Assembly: GCA_964012805.1 (NCBI GenBank)
Contig: CAXGUD010000008.1
Span: 1-64,000 of the forward strand
From: an uncultured Bacteriovoracaceae bacterium
GTDB taxonomy: Bacteria > Bdellovibrionota > Bacteriovoracia > Bacteriovoracales > Bacteriovoracaceae
Reading direction: 5' to 3'
DNA: 64,000 nt
Position numbers and translations under genes: made by a program. Below, in pieces: positions 50,514 through 59,977 of this stretch (position 1 is its first letter; every line of letters begins with the position of its first letter). Below the pieces are notes generated by a model. That model made no database searches. It was not told the origin of the DNA and saw only the letters and a list, made by a program, of their open reading frames with translations.

Positions 50514-52010
50514 TCAAGGACCTAAGCATCCGGGAGGCATTTCAGCAGCTTTGCTATTAGGGAAATACTTAACTTTTATAACAGAATTGTTCGAGTATAC
50601 TACATTCCTTCCTAATTTAAGAAAGTAACCAAGAAATTTGTCTCCCTTTAGTCTATAGGTCGGCCAGTCATCGGGTGAATCTATTTGAATTTCTTGTTCG
50701 TGCGGGCCTGAATCACATCTTTCATTCGTAACTTTACCCTTACAAACTACCTCCCAGCCATTAGGATCATTTTTAGACCGAGGAACTGTTTTTCCATCAA
50801 TTTCTAGATAGAGGTTTTTTAAATAGGGTTTAAATTGAAGTCGGACAAACCCAAAAAGGTTTTTAGGTGATTGAGTTTGAACAATTAGGTAGTCTGGGTA
50901 AAGGACTTTTGCATCACTAAAAAGTTGAATGAAGTGATTGTTTTCAATATTTTGCTCTGTTGGTGGCTCTCCAATATTTAAAACATCCTTTTTTCCAATG
51001 TACTTAAAGCCATTTAGATTACTTTCTTGAATTTCAATTATTTTATTACTTCTCGTGTCGACTTTTTTTACGTCAATTTTTGTTGGATCTAATTCAAAAG
51101 AGGAAGGGGCAATCGGCCAAAACTGATATATATGGTCATCGATGTTAATTGTTTCGTTTATTGTGGCAATAGATCTAATGATTTGACTGTCTTCACATGC
51201 ATTAAAGCTATCCGGATAAGGATCAGTGGTAGATATGCCATGTTTAGGTGAATTGTCCTTAAAATAGTTAAATATGATTTTTGAAAGTTCAATGTAGCGA
51301 CTAGATTTTTTAGTAGTTGGAATAAAACATTTATCTTTATGAGGAACTATAGAAATAAATCTAAACTGTCGCTTATTTCCCATCTCATTTTTTATATTAA
51401 TCATAGTAGTAGCAACATTATTAACAAGTTGACTTGTGTTTGTGTCCTCACCAGTTGAAATTAGAACAATAATAGTGTGAGCATCTTTTCTTAAAAATCC
51501 ATTGTCTTTATTTTGATTAAGAAGTTCAATTGATCTTTCAAAACCTCTTTCTTTAGATCCAAGTTTCTTAGGGAAACTGGATATGGATGAATTTATATTT
51601 TCTTTAAGAATAAGTTTACTTTTTATCGAGTTATCAAGTCCTGAATTATTATCGGCTACATAGTATCCATTATCGATATTTTCATCACCAATTTTTAATA
51701 GGGGAGCAAATAACATATGAACGTCAAATGTATCAGAAATTTTGTTAACGCTTTCATTTACTTTTTTCATAAGTAAATTATTCGTGTAATTTGACATACT
51801 TGTAGAGTTATCCCAAATGAAAATAAAGTCAACTTTTGGCCCTACAATCGAAAATTTAGTCTGAATTTTATTTTCAAGATAGTACTGATGATCACATGCA
51901 GATTCAATTTTTGCTATAGTTGGGGACGAAAATTGTTGTTCGTTACCACACGAAATAATAATTAAATTGATAATAATTATTATGGATATTTTATATATAT
52001 TTTTTCTCAT
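50514..52010 (-). CDS. lipoprotein with VWA-like domain
   Basis: lipobox IISC; KVDFIFIWDNSTSM (MIDAS DxSxS) and IIVLISTGED. Confidence 0.65.
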   Translation of the reverse strand: MRKNIYKISIIIIINLIIISCGNEQQFSSPTIAKIESACDHQYYLENKIQTKFSIVGPKVDFIFIWDNSTSMSNYTNNLLMKKVNESVNKISDTFDVHMLFAPLLKIGDENIDNGYYVADNNSGLDNSIKSKLILKENINSSISSFPKKLGSKERGFERSIELLNQNKDNGFLRKDAHTIIVLISTGEDTNTSQLVNNVATTMINIKNEMGNKRQFRFISIVPHKDKCFIPTTKKSSRYIELSKIIFNYFKDNSPKHGISTTDPYPDSFNACEDSQIIRSIATINETINIDDHIYQFWPIAPSSFELDPTKIDVKKVDTRSNKIIEIQESNLNGFKYIGKKDVLNIGEPPTEQNIENNHFIQLFSDAKVLYPDYLIVQTQSPKNLFGFVRLQFKPYLKNLYLEIDGKTVPRSKNDPNGWEVVCKGKVTNERCDSGPHEQEIQIDSPDDWPTYRLKGDKFLGYFLKLGRNVVYSNNSVIKVKYFPNSKAAEMPPGCLGP

Positions 52011-52171
52011 GAAGTTCTCATTGAAATAAGGTTGGTTTAATTATCGGTCGAACAATTTAGTTATTTTAATTGAAAAGAAAAAATTACCACTTGATCAATA
52101 ATTTTTCTCGTTTTAGTTAACCATATAAAATATATGAGGAAGAAAAATTTAAATTGAATAGAGGATAAAAT

Positions 52172-52948
52172 ATGTCAGTTGATTGGTATTACGTCGAAGG
52201 CGAAAAAAGAGTCGGTCCGATTAAGGAAGAGCAATTAATAATAAAGATTAAAGAAGGTGATTTAGGCGAAGATAACTTTGTATGGAAAAAAGGATTTGAT
52301 AATTGGAAGAAATTGAAAGACGTAAGTGAACTTTCAAATATTGTTGATGAAACTTCAGAAATACCAAAAATTGTTAAGTCGAGTAATAAAAGGGATATCG
52401 ATTGGGACACAATCAAAGAAAATGAAAAAGTTTTTCTAATAAAAATTGGTATTGATAGGGGGGGGCAAGACGTTGAGTATGGTCCCTACTCATTAAATAT
52501 TTTAAAAAAAGCAGCATCAGAAGGAAGAATTAACGGTAAAACACTCCTTTTTGTTAGCGGTATGAATAGTTGGGAGTTCATCTCAGATCTTCCAATATAT
52601 GATGATATTTTTGACGATCAAAAAGAGGATTTATCTGGAGATGATAGAAGAAAAAATAAGAGGAAGCCTTTTGTTGCAAGAATGTTCTATCATAACGATT
52701 CAATAGTATATGAGGGGGTTTGTAGAGATATCTCTGTTGGAGGTCTTCAAGTACTGGTAGATGGTTTTCCAGGAAAAATAGGGGATGAGATATCTTTAAA
52801 TGTTCATCCAGAAAATACTGATCATAGTTTTGTTGCAGGAGGAAAAATTGTAAGAATTCTTGATGGAGATCAGGGCTTCTCTTTAAGATTTATAGGTTTA
52901 TCTGATGAAGCTAAAGATTCAATAGAGGCATATCTGGAAAAAAGTTAA
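52172..52948 (+). CDS. tandem GYF_2 domains plus PilZ domain
   Basis: WYY...VGP...VWKKGFDNW and YGPYS...GMNSW; PilZ RKNKR and DISVGG. Confidence 0.85.
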   Translation: MSVDWYYVEGEKRVGPIKEEQLIIKIKEGDLGEDNFVWKKGFDNWKKLKDVSELSNIVDETSEIPKIVKSSNKRDIDWDTIKENEKVFLIKIGIDRGGQDVEYGPYSLNILKKAASEGRINGKTLLFVSGMNSWEFISDLPIYDDIFDDQKEDLSGDDRRKNKRKPFVARMFYHNDSIVYEGVCRDISVGGLQVLVDGFPGKIGDEISLNVHPENTDHSFVAGGKIVRILDGDQGFSLRFIGLSDEAKDSIEAYLEKS

Positions 52949-52951
52949 GTA

Positions 52952-53893
52952 ATGATTTATGAAAAAATAATTAAGAAAGAGAGAAGAAAAGTAGTTTGGG
53001 ATGGTCATTTTAAATCATCTGATGGCCTAGATACTATATTTTTCAAAAGAATAAGTTTCAAAAAGAAAACTAGCAACCTAAATGGTAAAGATTCAAAAAA
53101 TAAAAAACACTTAAATATTTTTTTTGTTCACGATATTTTGGAACATCATGGAAGATACCTTGATTTAGGTAATCAATTAGTTGATCTCTTCAAAGAGAAT
53201 GTTTCTATTTGTTTGATAGATCTAAAAGGACATGGTCTAAGCACGGGAACAAGGCATTATATACAAGATTTTCGTGAATATTCATTAGATTTAGCTATCT
53301 TGATAAGATATTTTAAAATAATAAATGAAGGAAAGGATAATAAGTTTATTCTAGCTGGGCAGGGCATGGGAGCTTTGGTATGTTTAGAAACTTATTTAAA
53401 TAATAGGAGTAATGTTGATGGACTTATAATATCAAACCCTATTTTAAAAACGTTTATTCCATGGTTGAAAAACATAAAATTTTTAATCAATAAGTTTAAA
53501 TGGCCTTTATCAGTACTTAAAGTTCCTTTTTACTTTAATGGATTTGATTTGATTAAGGAAAAAAATAGTGCAGAAAACTTTAATTCAGATCCTCTCATAG
53601 GGCATACTGCGACGGTAGGTTTAATAGTAGGGATTTTAGAGTCTATAAAGTTTATTAAAGAAAAATCATTTTTGATTAATATTCCGGTTTTGATGATGAT
53701 AAGTAAGGATAGTCTTATTTCGGACCATAAAATGTCAACTTCCTTTGTGAAGACAATTGATGAGAAATATGTAAGGTTTTTGGCTTATGAAAGAATGAAA
53801 CATGACATATTGAATTTTTATATAACAAAAAATGTCTTTAATAATCTAACGAACTGGATATCAGATGAGTTTCTAGAAGGAGATTTGAAATAA
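52952..53893 (+). CDS. lysophospholipase-like alpha/beta hydrolase lacking the catalytic Ser
   Basis: EHHGRY, DLKGHGLSTG, nucleophile elbow GQGMG, C-terminal HDIL. Confidence 0.8.
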   Translation: MIYEKIIKKERRKVVWDGHFKSSDGLDTIFFKRISFKKKTSNLNGKDSKNKKHLNIFFVHDILEHHGRYLDLGNQLVDLFKENVSICLIDLKGHGLSTGTRHYIQDFREYSLDLAILIRYFKIINEGKDNKFILAGQGMGALVCLETYLNNRSNVDGLIISNPILKTFIPWLKNIKFLINKFKWPLSVLKVPFYFNGFDLIKEKNSAENFNSDPLIGHTATVGLIVGILESIKFIKEKSFLINIPVLMMISKDSLISDHKMSTSFVKTIDEKYVRFLAYERMKHDILNFYITKNVFNNLTNWISDEFLEGDLK

Positions 53894-54411
53894 AATTAAT
53901 ATCAATCTTTATTTTAATATTTTTTTTGAATGGTTGTAGCTCTTTTTCTAAAAATATGTTCAAGGAAGGTGAATTCAATTTAAAGGGAGGACGCTTTTTA
54001 AAAAAGAAATGGGAAGATAGGATCATTTTTAAAAGATATTCATGGTACAAAGATTTAAGTTTAAATCTAGATATCCTTTTAGGAGAGATAAAAAAAGATA
54101 GTAATTTCTACACATGGGTATCGCCAAGTAATGAAGAAAAATTAAAAAGTTGCGAAAGATTATTTGTATCTCTAGTTTACTATCCAACTAAACATAAAGA
54201 TTTTTATAAATTAATTTCAAAAAAATTAGATAAAAAAGGTTTAGTTGAGGTCAAAATGACAAGAGTGGCTGAAAACTTAAAAATGCATCCGGATTTGGAT
54301 CAATTTTTTCATCACAATTATATCAATAGGTTCTTTTGCTCAGAATTTAAAAAGAATATAGAGTTTAATCTTCAATTGCCTGGTTTTAAAAACATTCAAA
54401 TTAAAATTTAA
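53890..54411 (+). CDS. lipoprotein with probable ATA start
   Basis: in-frame leader IKLISIFILIFFLNGC upstream of the tracked TTG; AGGAG 7 nt before ATA. Confidence 0.65.
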   Translation: MKLISIFILIFFLNGCSSFSKNMFKEGEFNLKGGRFLKKKWEDRIIFKRYSWYKDLSLNLDILLGEIKKDSNFYTWVSPSNEEKLKSCERLFVSLVYYPTKHKDFYKLISKKLDKKGLVEVKMTRVAENLKMHPDLDQFFHHNYINRFFCSEFKKNIEFNLQLPGFKNIQIKI

Positions 54412-54512
54412 AAAATAATTTTTTTTTACAAAATTATCATCGAAAAATAGCCCTAGTAATTTTAAAGGTTAATTATTTTCTTGCCGAAGTGAATAAGTAG
54501 GGAATTATTTAT

Positions 54513-56474
54513 ATGTCTGAAAAAAAAGAAAAGCATGAAAGATTTGGTAGGTATTTAATACTTGATCATCTAGTCGATGGTGGAATGGCCAAGATTTGTC
54601 GTGCAAGATTTTTAGGAGAACAAGCTGATAAAATCGTTGCAATAAAAATGGTGCAACCTCAGTTTTCTCAAGATGAATCTTTTAAAACGATGTTTCTAGA
54701 TGAGCTAAAGGTTACTTTCAGCCTTATCCATCCAAATATAGTGCAAACTTACGATTATGGAATATATAAAAATCAGCTTTTTGTTGCAATGGAATATTGC
54801 GATGGAAGAAACCTAAAAGAATACCTTGATAAACTTAAGGAAAATAAGTTCGTTTTTCCTGTAGAGATATCTATCTACATTATAACTCAAGTTTGTCAGG
54901 CTCTTCATTACGCCCATACTCTGACTGATAAGCTTACTGGTAAAAAGGCAAATATCATTCACAGAGATATTTCTCCTCACAATATAATGCTTACTTTTGA
55001 TGGGGCAGTAAAGGTAATTGATTTTGGTATAGCAAAAGCTGAAACGAATTCTGAGTCGACTCAAGCAGGAACAATAAAAGGGAAAATATCTTATTTAGCT
55101 CCTGAGTATTTGGAAGGTTTTGATTTAGACCCTAGATATGATGAATTTGCAGTAGGCATTACTCTATGGGAAATGCTTTGTAATAGAAAATTATTTAAAG
55201 CAAAAAATGAATTAGCTATTTTGAAAAAAATACAAGAATGTAATATACCGAAACCATCTTCAATTAATCCGAGAGTTACTAAGGAATTAGATGAGATTGT
55301 GTTAAAATGTTTGTCAAAAGATAGAAATCAAAGGTTTGAAAATTTAGATAAATTAAATAGAACATTAATTAAATACCTATATTCTTATTTTCCTGATTTT
55401 AACTCATCTGATTTATCTTATTTTTCTCAAGAATTATTTAAAGCAGAAATTAAAGACGATAGATCTAAAATGTATGAATTCGGAAGTATTGATCTAAGAC
55501 CTTATTTAGATGATTTAAAAAATGAAAAAGATGGAGTTAGTTCAAAAGAAGGAATTGATGAAGGACCTAAGTTAAAAAAAGAACAAGTTCTTGACTTTGG
55601 ATTTCAACAGGAAAATACGAATAAGATTTCTCTTAAGAAAAAACGAAATAATATATCAATTTTAGGAGAAGAAGAAAATTCAGAATCCTTGAAAGGTGGA
55701 GAAGAAAAAAAGAAAAAAAATTTGGAAAGAACTAATAAGATACATATTCCAAAAAAAACCACGTCTAAAAAGAAATTAAGGAAGAAGAAAAAAAGGGGGA
55801 CATCAACTAAAAGAAAAAACCATTTAAGAAAAAAGAAAAATAAGAAATTGATTCTTATTTTTTCTTTATTGATTGTTTCACTAATAATAATTTTTACAAT
55901 CAATCGATCAAATGAAAATCCTAAAATAACCGGTAATATATCTAAAAAAAACAAAGATCCTATTAAAACAAAGCCGGAAAATGAAAGCAATAAAAATATT
56001 GTAGATGGTCAAGTAACTTTTAAAAACTTTGATTCGACTCAACAAAAAGTTTTTTTGAATGGAAAAGAAGTTAAAGTTGATGTCTTTGGATCCTTTAAAA
56101 TCCCTCTTTTAAAAGAAAATATTATTAGAGTTGAAGAAATAGACCTCGCTAATTTCGTTACATTAGTAAAATTGTCGAAAGAAAAACCTCAAATTGAACT
56201 AGAAATACCAAAGATGCCTGAAGTTAGTTATGGTTACTTAGTGACTTATCAGGATTGTTTAGAAGGGAAAATATTTTTTGAAATTTTTAAGGAAAAGAGA
56301 GAGGAAACCTTGCCAATTGATCCACAGATGGGGATTGCATTTCCTATGGATGGAGAATTAACTCCAACAAAATATAAAGTTAAGTACAAAAAAAAGGGGG
56401 AGAAAATATTAAGGAACGTGGAGTTTACGTTTAAAGTAGAAGATGATGTAGTAGACTTATGTAATATTATTTAA
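54513..56474 (+). CDS. membrane-anchored Hanks-type Ser/Thr protein kinase
   Basis: GGMA, VAIK, HRDISPHN, DFG and APE; TM helix; extracytoplasmic C-terminal domain. Confidence 0.93.
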   Translation: MSEKKEKHERFGRYLILDHLVDGGMAKICRARFLGEQADKIVAIKMVQPQFSQDESFKTMFLDELKVTFSLIHPNIVQTYDYGIYKNQLFVAMEYCDGRNLKEYLDKLKENKFVFPVEISIYIITQVCQALHYAHTLTDKLTGKKANIIHRDISPHNIMLTFDGAVKVIDFGIAKAETNSESTQAGTIKGKISYLAPEYLEGFDLDPRYDEFAVGITLWEMLCNRKLFKAKNELAILKKIQECNIPKPSSINPRVTKELDEIVLKCLSKDRNQRFENLDKLNRTLIKYLYSYFPDFNSSDLSYFSQELFKAEIKDDRSKMYEFGSIDLRPYLDDLKNEKDGVSSKEGIDEGPKLKKEQVLDFGFQQENTNKISLKKKRNNISILGEEENSESLKGGEEKKKKNLERTNKIHIPKKTTSKKKLRKKKKRGTSTKRKNHLRKKKNKKLILIFSLLIVSLIIIFTINRSNENPKITGNISKKNKDPIKTKPENESNKNIVDGQVTFKNFDSTQQKVFLNGKEVKVDVFGSFKIPLLKENIIRVEEIDLANFVTLVKLSKEKPQIELEIPKMPEVSYGYLVTYQDCLEGKIFFEIFKEKREETLPIDPQMGIAFPMDGELTPTKYKVKYKKKGEKILRNVEFTFKVEDDVVDLCNII

Positions 56475-57730
56475 TTTAATAAAATCGACAATTCTTGAAC
56501 CATTAGAACCCCATTAACCAAAACCATAATTAAAATTATTAAATATGAAAAAAAGTTAAATATTTTAGAGTTCGCATATTCCCCCATTAATTCTTTATCA
56601 TTACATAATTTTAAAATAAAGATCAAAACGATTGGAATTAATATACCATTTATAATTTGAGACCAAATAAGAACTTTAAAAAGGTTAATTTGTGGAAATA
56701 AAATAAAGAGCGCACTAAAAAATACTAAGGTTGTGAAAATAATAAAGAAATTAGGGGCTTCTTTAAAAGACTTGTCAACACCGGATTCCCAACCCATTCC
56801 TTCACATACATAATAACTAGTTGCTAATGGTAAAAGAGCAGCAGCAAATATAGAGGCATTAAAGAGACCAATTCCAAAAAGAATAGAGGAATGAGGTCCA
56901 GCGAATGGTTTCAGTGCGATGGCTGCATCCTTCGCATCCTTAATAGAGACACCGTTTCTATGAAGAGTAGCAGCACAGCAGATAATAATAAAAAGTGTTA
57001 CAATGGACATTAAACAGCATCCAGCAATAACATCAATTTTAGAATGGATTAAGTTTTTTACGGTTATACCCTTTTCGACAACAGCAGCCTGGATGTAAAA
57101 CTGCATCCATGGAGTAATTGATGTCCCAATAAGGCCAACAATAAGAGGAATATCAGTCGACTTTAGAGAATTGATATTTGGCATGATAAGAGATTTAGCA
57201 ACTTCCTCCCAGGGAGGAGATATAATAAAACCAGATACGATATAAGATAGATAAACACTGCATCCAATTAGAAAAACTCTTTCAACTATTTTGTAATCAC
57301 CTTTAAGAACCAATAACCAAACAAAAAAGGAGCTTATAGGTACAGAAATAAACTTAGATATACCAAAAATTTCTCCAGCTGATGCAATTCCTGCAAACTC
57401 AGCCATAGTATTTCCTAAATCAGCTATTATAAGGAGTAAAAGTAAATAAAAGGTTGTTTTTAAACCAAATCGCTCCCTTATTAAGTCAGCTAATCCTTTT
57501 CCTGTAACAATTCCCATCCTTGCAGACATTTCTTGAACCATAATAAGAGCTATCGTAATAGGAATAAGAACCCAGATAAGTCTTAACCCAGATTCGGCTC
57601 CCACGAGTGAGTATATGGCAATTCCGCCCGCATCGTTATCAATATTTGCTGTAATTAAACCTGGCCCTATGATACTAAATAGGAGAAAAATTTTGGGAAT
57701 TAAAGAAGATGGCTTCTTTTGACTTTTAAT
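56471..57730 (-). CDS. Nramp-related divalent cation (probably Mg2+) transporter with probable ATT start
   Basis: GPGLITANIDNDAGGI motif lies upstream of the tracked GTG; QEMSARMG..TGKGL and GTSITPWMQFY. Confidence 0.85.
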   Translation of the reverse strand: MKSQKKPSSLIPKIFLLFSIIGPGLITANIDNDAGGIAIYSLVGAESGLRLIWVLIPITIALIMVQEMSARMGIVTGKGLADLIRERFGLKTTFYLLLLLIIADLGNTMAEFAGIASAGEIFGISKFISVPISSFFVWLLVLKGDYKIVERVFLIGCSVYLSYIVSGFIISPPWEEVAKSLIMPNINSLKSTDIPLIVGLIGTSITPWMQFYIQAAVVEKGITVKNLIHSKIDVIAGCCLMSIVTLFIIICCAATLHRNGVSIKDAKDAAIALKPFAGPHSSILFGIGLFNASIFAAALLPLATSYYVCEGMGWESGVDKSFKEAPNFFIIFTTLVFFSALFILFPQINLFKVLIWSQIINGILIPIVLIFILKLCNDKELMGEYANSKIFNFFSYLIILIMVLVNGVLMVQELSILLN

Positions 57731-57752
57731 AAAATATCCTTTTTTTCAACTT

Positions 57753-59081
57753 TTAGTTGAGTAACCAAGGTAAAACATCATCAACAGTCACAAGGCCAAG
57801 TAAATGACCTTTATCATTTGTAATTGGAACATTATTCATATTATATTTACTCATATGTTGAGCAATTTCTTTCCAGTGAGTTTGAGGACGAAAAGTCATA
57901 GATCCATCTTTCTTCTTCATAAAAGTTGAAATTTTATCATTATCACTTTGGGTTAATAAGTGTTTTAGAGTACAAGTACCAAGTAACGATTTTTTTTCAT
58001 CAATAATAAAAATGTCGTAAATGGTATCGTATTCTTCATGATCTTTTTTTATTTTTTCTATGATTTGGTATTTTGTATTTTGAGGTGATACTGTAAACAT
58101 TTCTGTTGTCATTAAGCCGCCAGCTACATTAGGTTTATATTCAAGTAGCTCGTTTATATCGACTTGGAACTCATTATCATCTAAATTTGAAATAATTTCA
58201 TCTGCTTTTTCTTCTTCTAATTCTTTTAAAATATCAACTGCTTCATCTGTTCCCAAGTTTTCAATTATTTCGGCGACCTTTTTTGGAGGTTTTTCTTTAA
58301 TAAGTTGTGCCTTAAAATCAGGTTCAATTTCAGATAGTGTCTCTGCGGCTAAATGGTCACCAAGGTTGTTAAAAATCTCATTTCTTCCAAAAGAATCTAA
58401 GTCTTCTAGAATGTCTGCAAGGTCAGCGGGATGTATTTCGTTAAGTTGATCATTGCTTAAGTTTAGCTTAACATTTTGTTGTACATTTTTATTTGGAATT
58501 GTGTGAACGAACTTCCAGTTAATTAATGCTTCCTCATTAAGGTAGTTAGCCTTTTTATTAAAAAATTTAATGATAGAGTCAATAAAGGGCTCAAACCCAA
58601 GCCGTCTTATAATGCTCCTCAGCCCTACGGCAACATTCGTAACTCTAAGAAAAGGTCCAGATTTAATAAACTGAATATCATTAACTCGGACAACCTTTTT
58701 TCCACTAGTGTCTACAATCTGTTTATCCAGTATTACTTTACCTAAGCTTGGATAGTCTTGCCTGTCTTTTTGATAAGACTCTTTTAATATATTGGTTTTT
58801 TGATCCTTTAATTTTCTGCAAAGTACTCCATCATTAAGTTTAGTTGATTTTTTGACTATAACTTCTTTTGTAGAAAAGCTTTTTATATCCTTCCAGTAGA
58901 TTGAAAAAAAATTTTTTCTTTTTTTTACCTGTATTGCAAAAATTTCCGGGTAAGATTCTTCAAAATCGACATAAACGTCATTTAAGACACCGAGTCTTTT
59001 TCCTTGGTTGTCAAATATTGGTGTCCCTATTGTAGTAGAGAAATCAACCGTAACTTGAGGTAATTTTTGAAAGATACTCAT
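57753..59081 (-). CDS. soluble PRC-barrel / MgtE-N / CBS protein
   Basis: LDKQIVDTSGKKVVRVND, HPADLADILE, AGGLMT and GLVTVDDV; no TM segment. Confidence 0.85.
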   Translation of the reverse strand: MSIFQKLPQVTVDFSTTIGTPIFDNQGKRLGVLNDVYVDFEESYPEIFAIQVKKRKNFFSIYWKDIKSFSTKEVIVKKSTKLNDGVLCRKLKDQKTNILKESYQKDRQDYPSLGKVILDKQIVDTSGKKVVRVNDIQFIKSGPFLRVTNVAVGLRSIIRRLGFEPFIDSIIKFFNKKANYLNEEALINWKFVHTIPNKNVQQNVKLNLSNDQLNEIHPADLADILEDLDSFGRNEIFNNLGDHLAAETLSEIEPDFKAQLIKEKPPKKVAEIIENLGTDEAVDILKELEEEKADEIISNLDDNEFQVDINELLEYKPNVAGGLMTTEMFTVSPQNTKYQIIEKIKKDHEEYDTIYDIFIIDEKKSLLGTCTLKHLLTQSDNDKISTFMKKKDGSMTFRPQTHWKEIAQHMSKYNMNNVPITNDKGHLLGLVTVDDVLPWLLN

Positions 59082-59091
59082 GTTATCTATT

Positions 59092-59943
59092 CTAATTTAA
59101 AAAAACATTTTTTTCTCTAAACTGTAAAATTTTTAAGATTTCCGAGGCTGTATCTTCAAGTGCCTTATTGGTAATATTAAATGTGACCCATTTTTTATTT
59201 CTTTTGTAGAGTTCATTTGCCCACTCAAGCTCTTTTATCACATTGGAATTATCCGCATATTCACCGTGAAAACCATTAGCTTTGAGTCGTTCTAGGCGCT
59301 TTTTCCTTATTTCCATTAAAGTTTCAGGGTTAATTGTAAGTGCAAAAATTTTTCTTTGATCAATTTCCTCAAGTTGTTTAGGTATCTTTGAGCCATAAAC
59401 TAAAGGAACATTTGCAACTTTTTTTCCTAACTGGGAAAGGAATACAGAAAGAGGTGTTTTCGAAGTTCTTGATATTCCAATTAATACGATGTCTGCAAGG
59501 TGAATAGTATTTAAGCACTTTCCGTCATCATGGTTTAAGGTATACTCCATTGCTTGGACACGTTTAAAATATTCATCATTTATTTCATAAAGGCTTCCTG
59601 GTTTTAAATCAGGTTCTTGGTCCAATATATTAGAAAAGGTTGTTAACGATGGACCTAAAAGATCAATGGTCCTGATGGTATAGGCCCTAGCTAGAAGGGA
59701 AATTTTTTCTCTAAGTTTTTGGTTTACAATAGTGTAGAGAATTAGATTATGATTTTTTGCGACTTGCTTAAAAATTGAATCAATTTGTTGGTCGGATCGA
59801 ATATTTTTAAACCTCGTATAGTAGGCATTTGTACTTTTAAATTGAGCCATAATGGCCCTGGAAACAGCAGAGGCCGTTTCCCCTGTCCCATCAGAGATAA
59901 TGACTATTTTTATCTTCTTCTTTGAGCTAACGGTATTTTGCAT
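59092..59943 (-). CDS. PEP synthase/PPDK regulatory kinase-pyrophosphorylase
   Basis: SDGTGETA, HDDG, GISRTSKTPLS and ANVP. Confidence 0.92.
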   Translation of the reverse strand: MQNTVSSKKKIKIVIISDGTGETASAVSRAIMAQFKSTNAYYTRFKNIRSDQQIDSIFKQVAKNHNLILYTIVNQKLREKISLLARAYTIRTIDLLGPSLTTFSNILDQEPDLKPGSLYEINDEYFKRVQAMEYTLNHDDGKCLNTIHLADIVLIGISRTSKTPLSVFLSQLGKKVANVPLVYGSKIPKQLEEIDQRKIFALTINPETLMEIRKKRLERLKANGFHGEYADNSNVIKELEWANELYKRNKKWVTFNITNKALEDTASEILKILQFREKNVFLN

Positions 59944-59977
59944 AAAGCCTCATGTGTTTTTAATGAGGTTACTTCTC

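Noticed and set aside
50514..59081. Apparently lower-GC segment suggesting horizontal transfer
   Set aside because: Other poorly conserved genes (33-34 kb, 39-41 kb) look equally AT-rich by eye, there are no mobility genes, and GC was not computed
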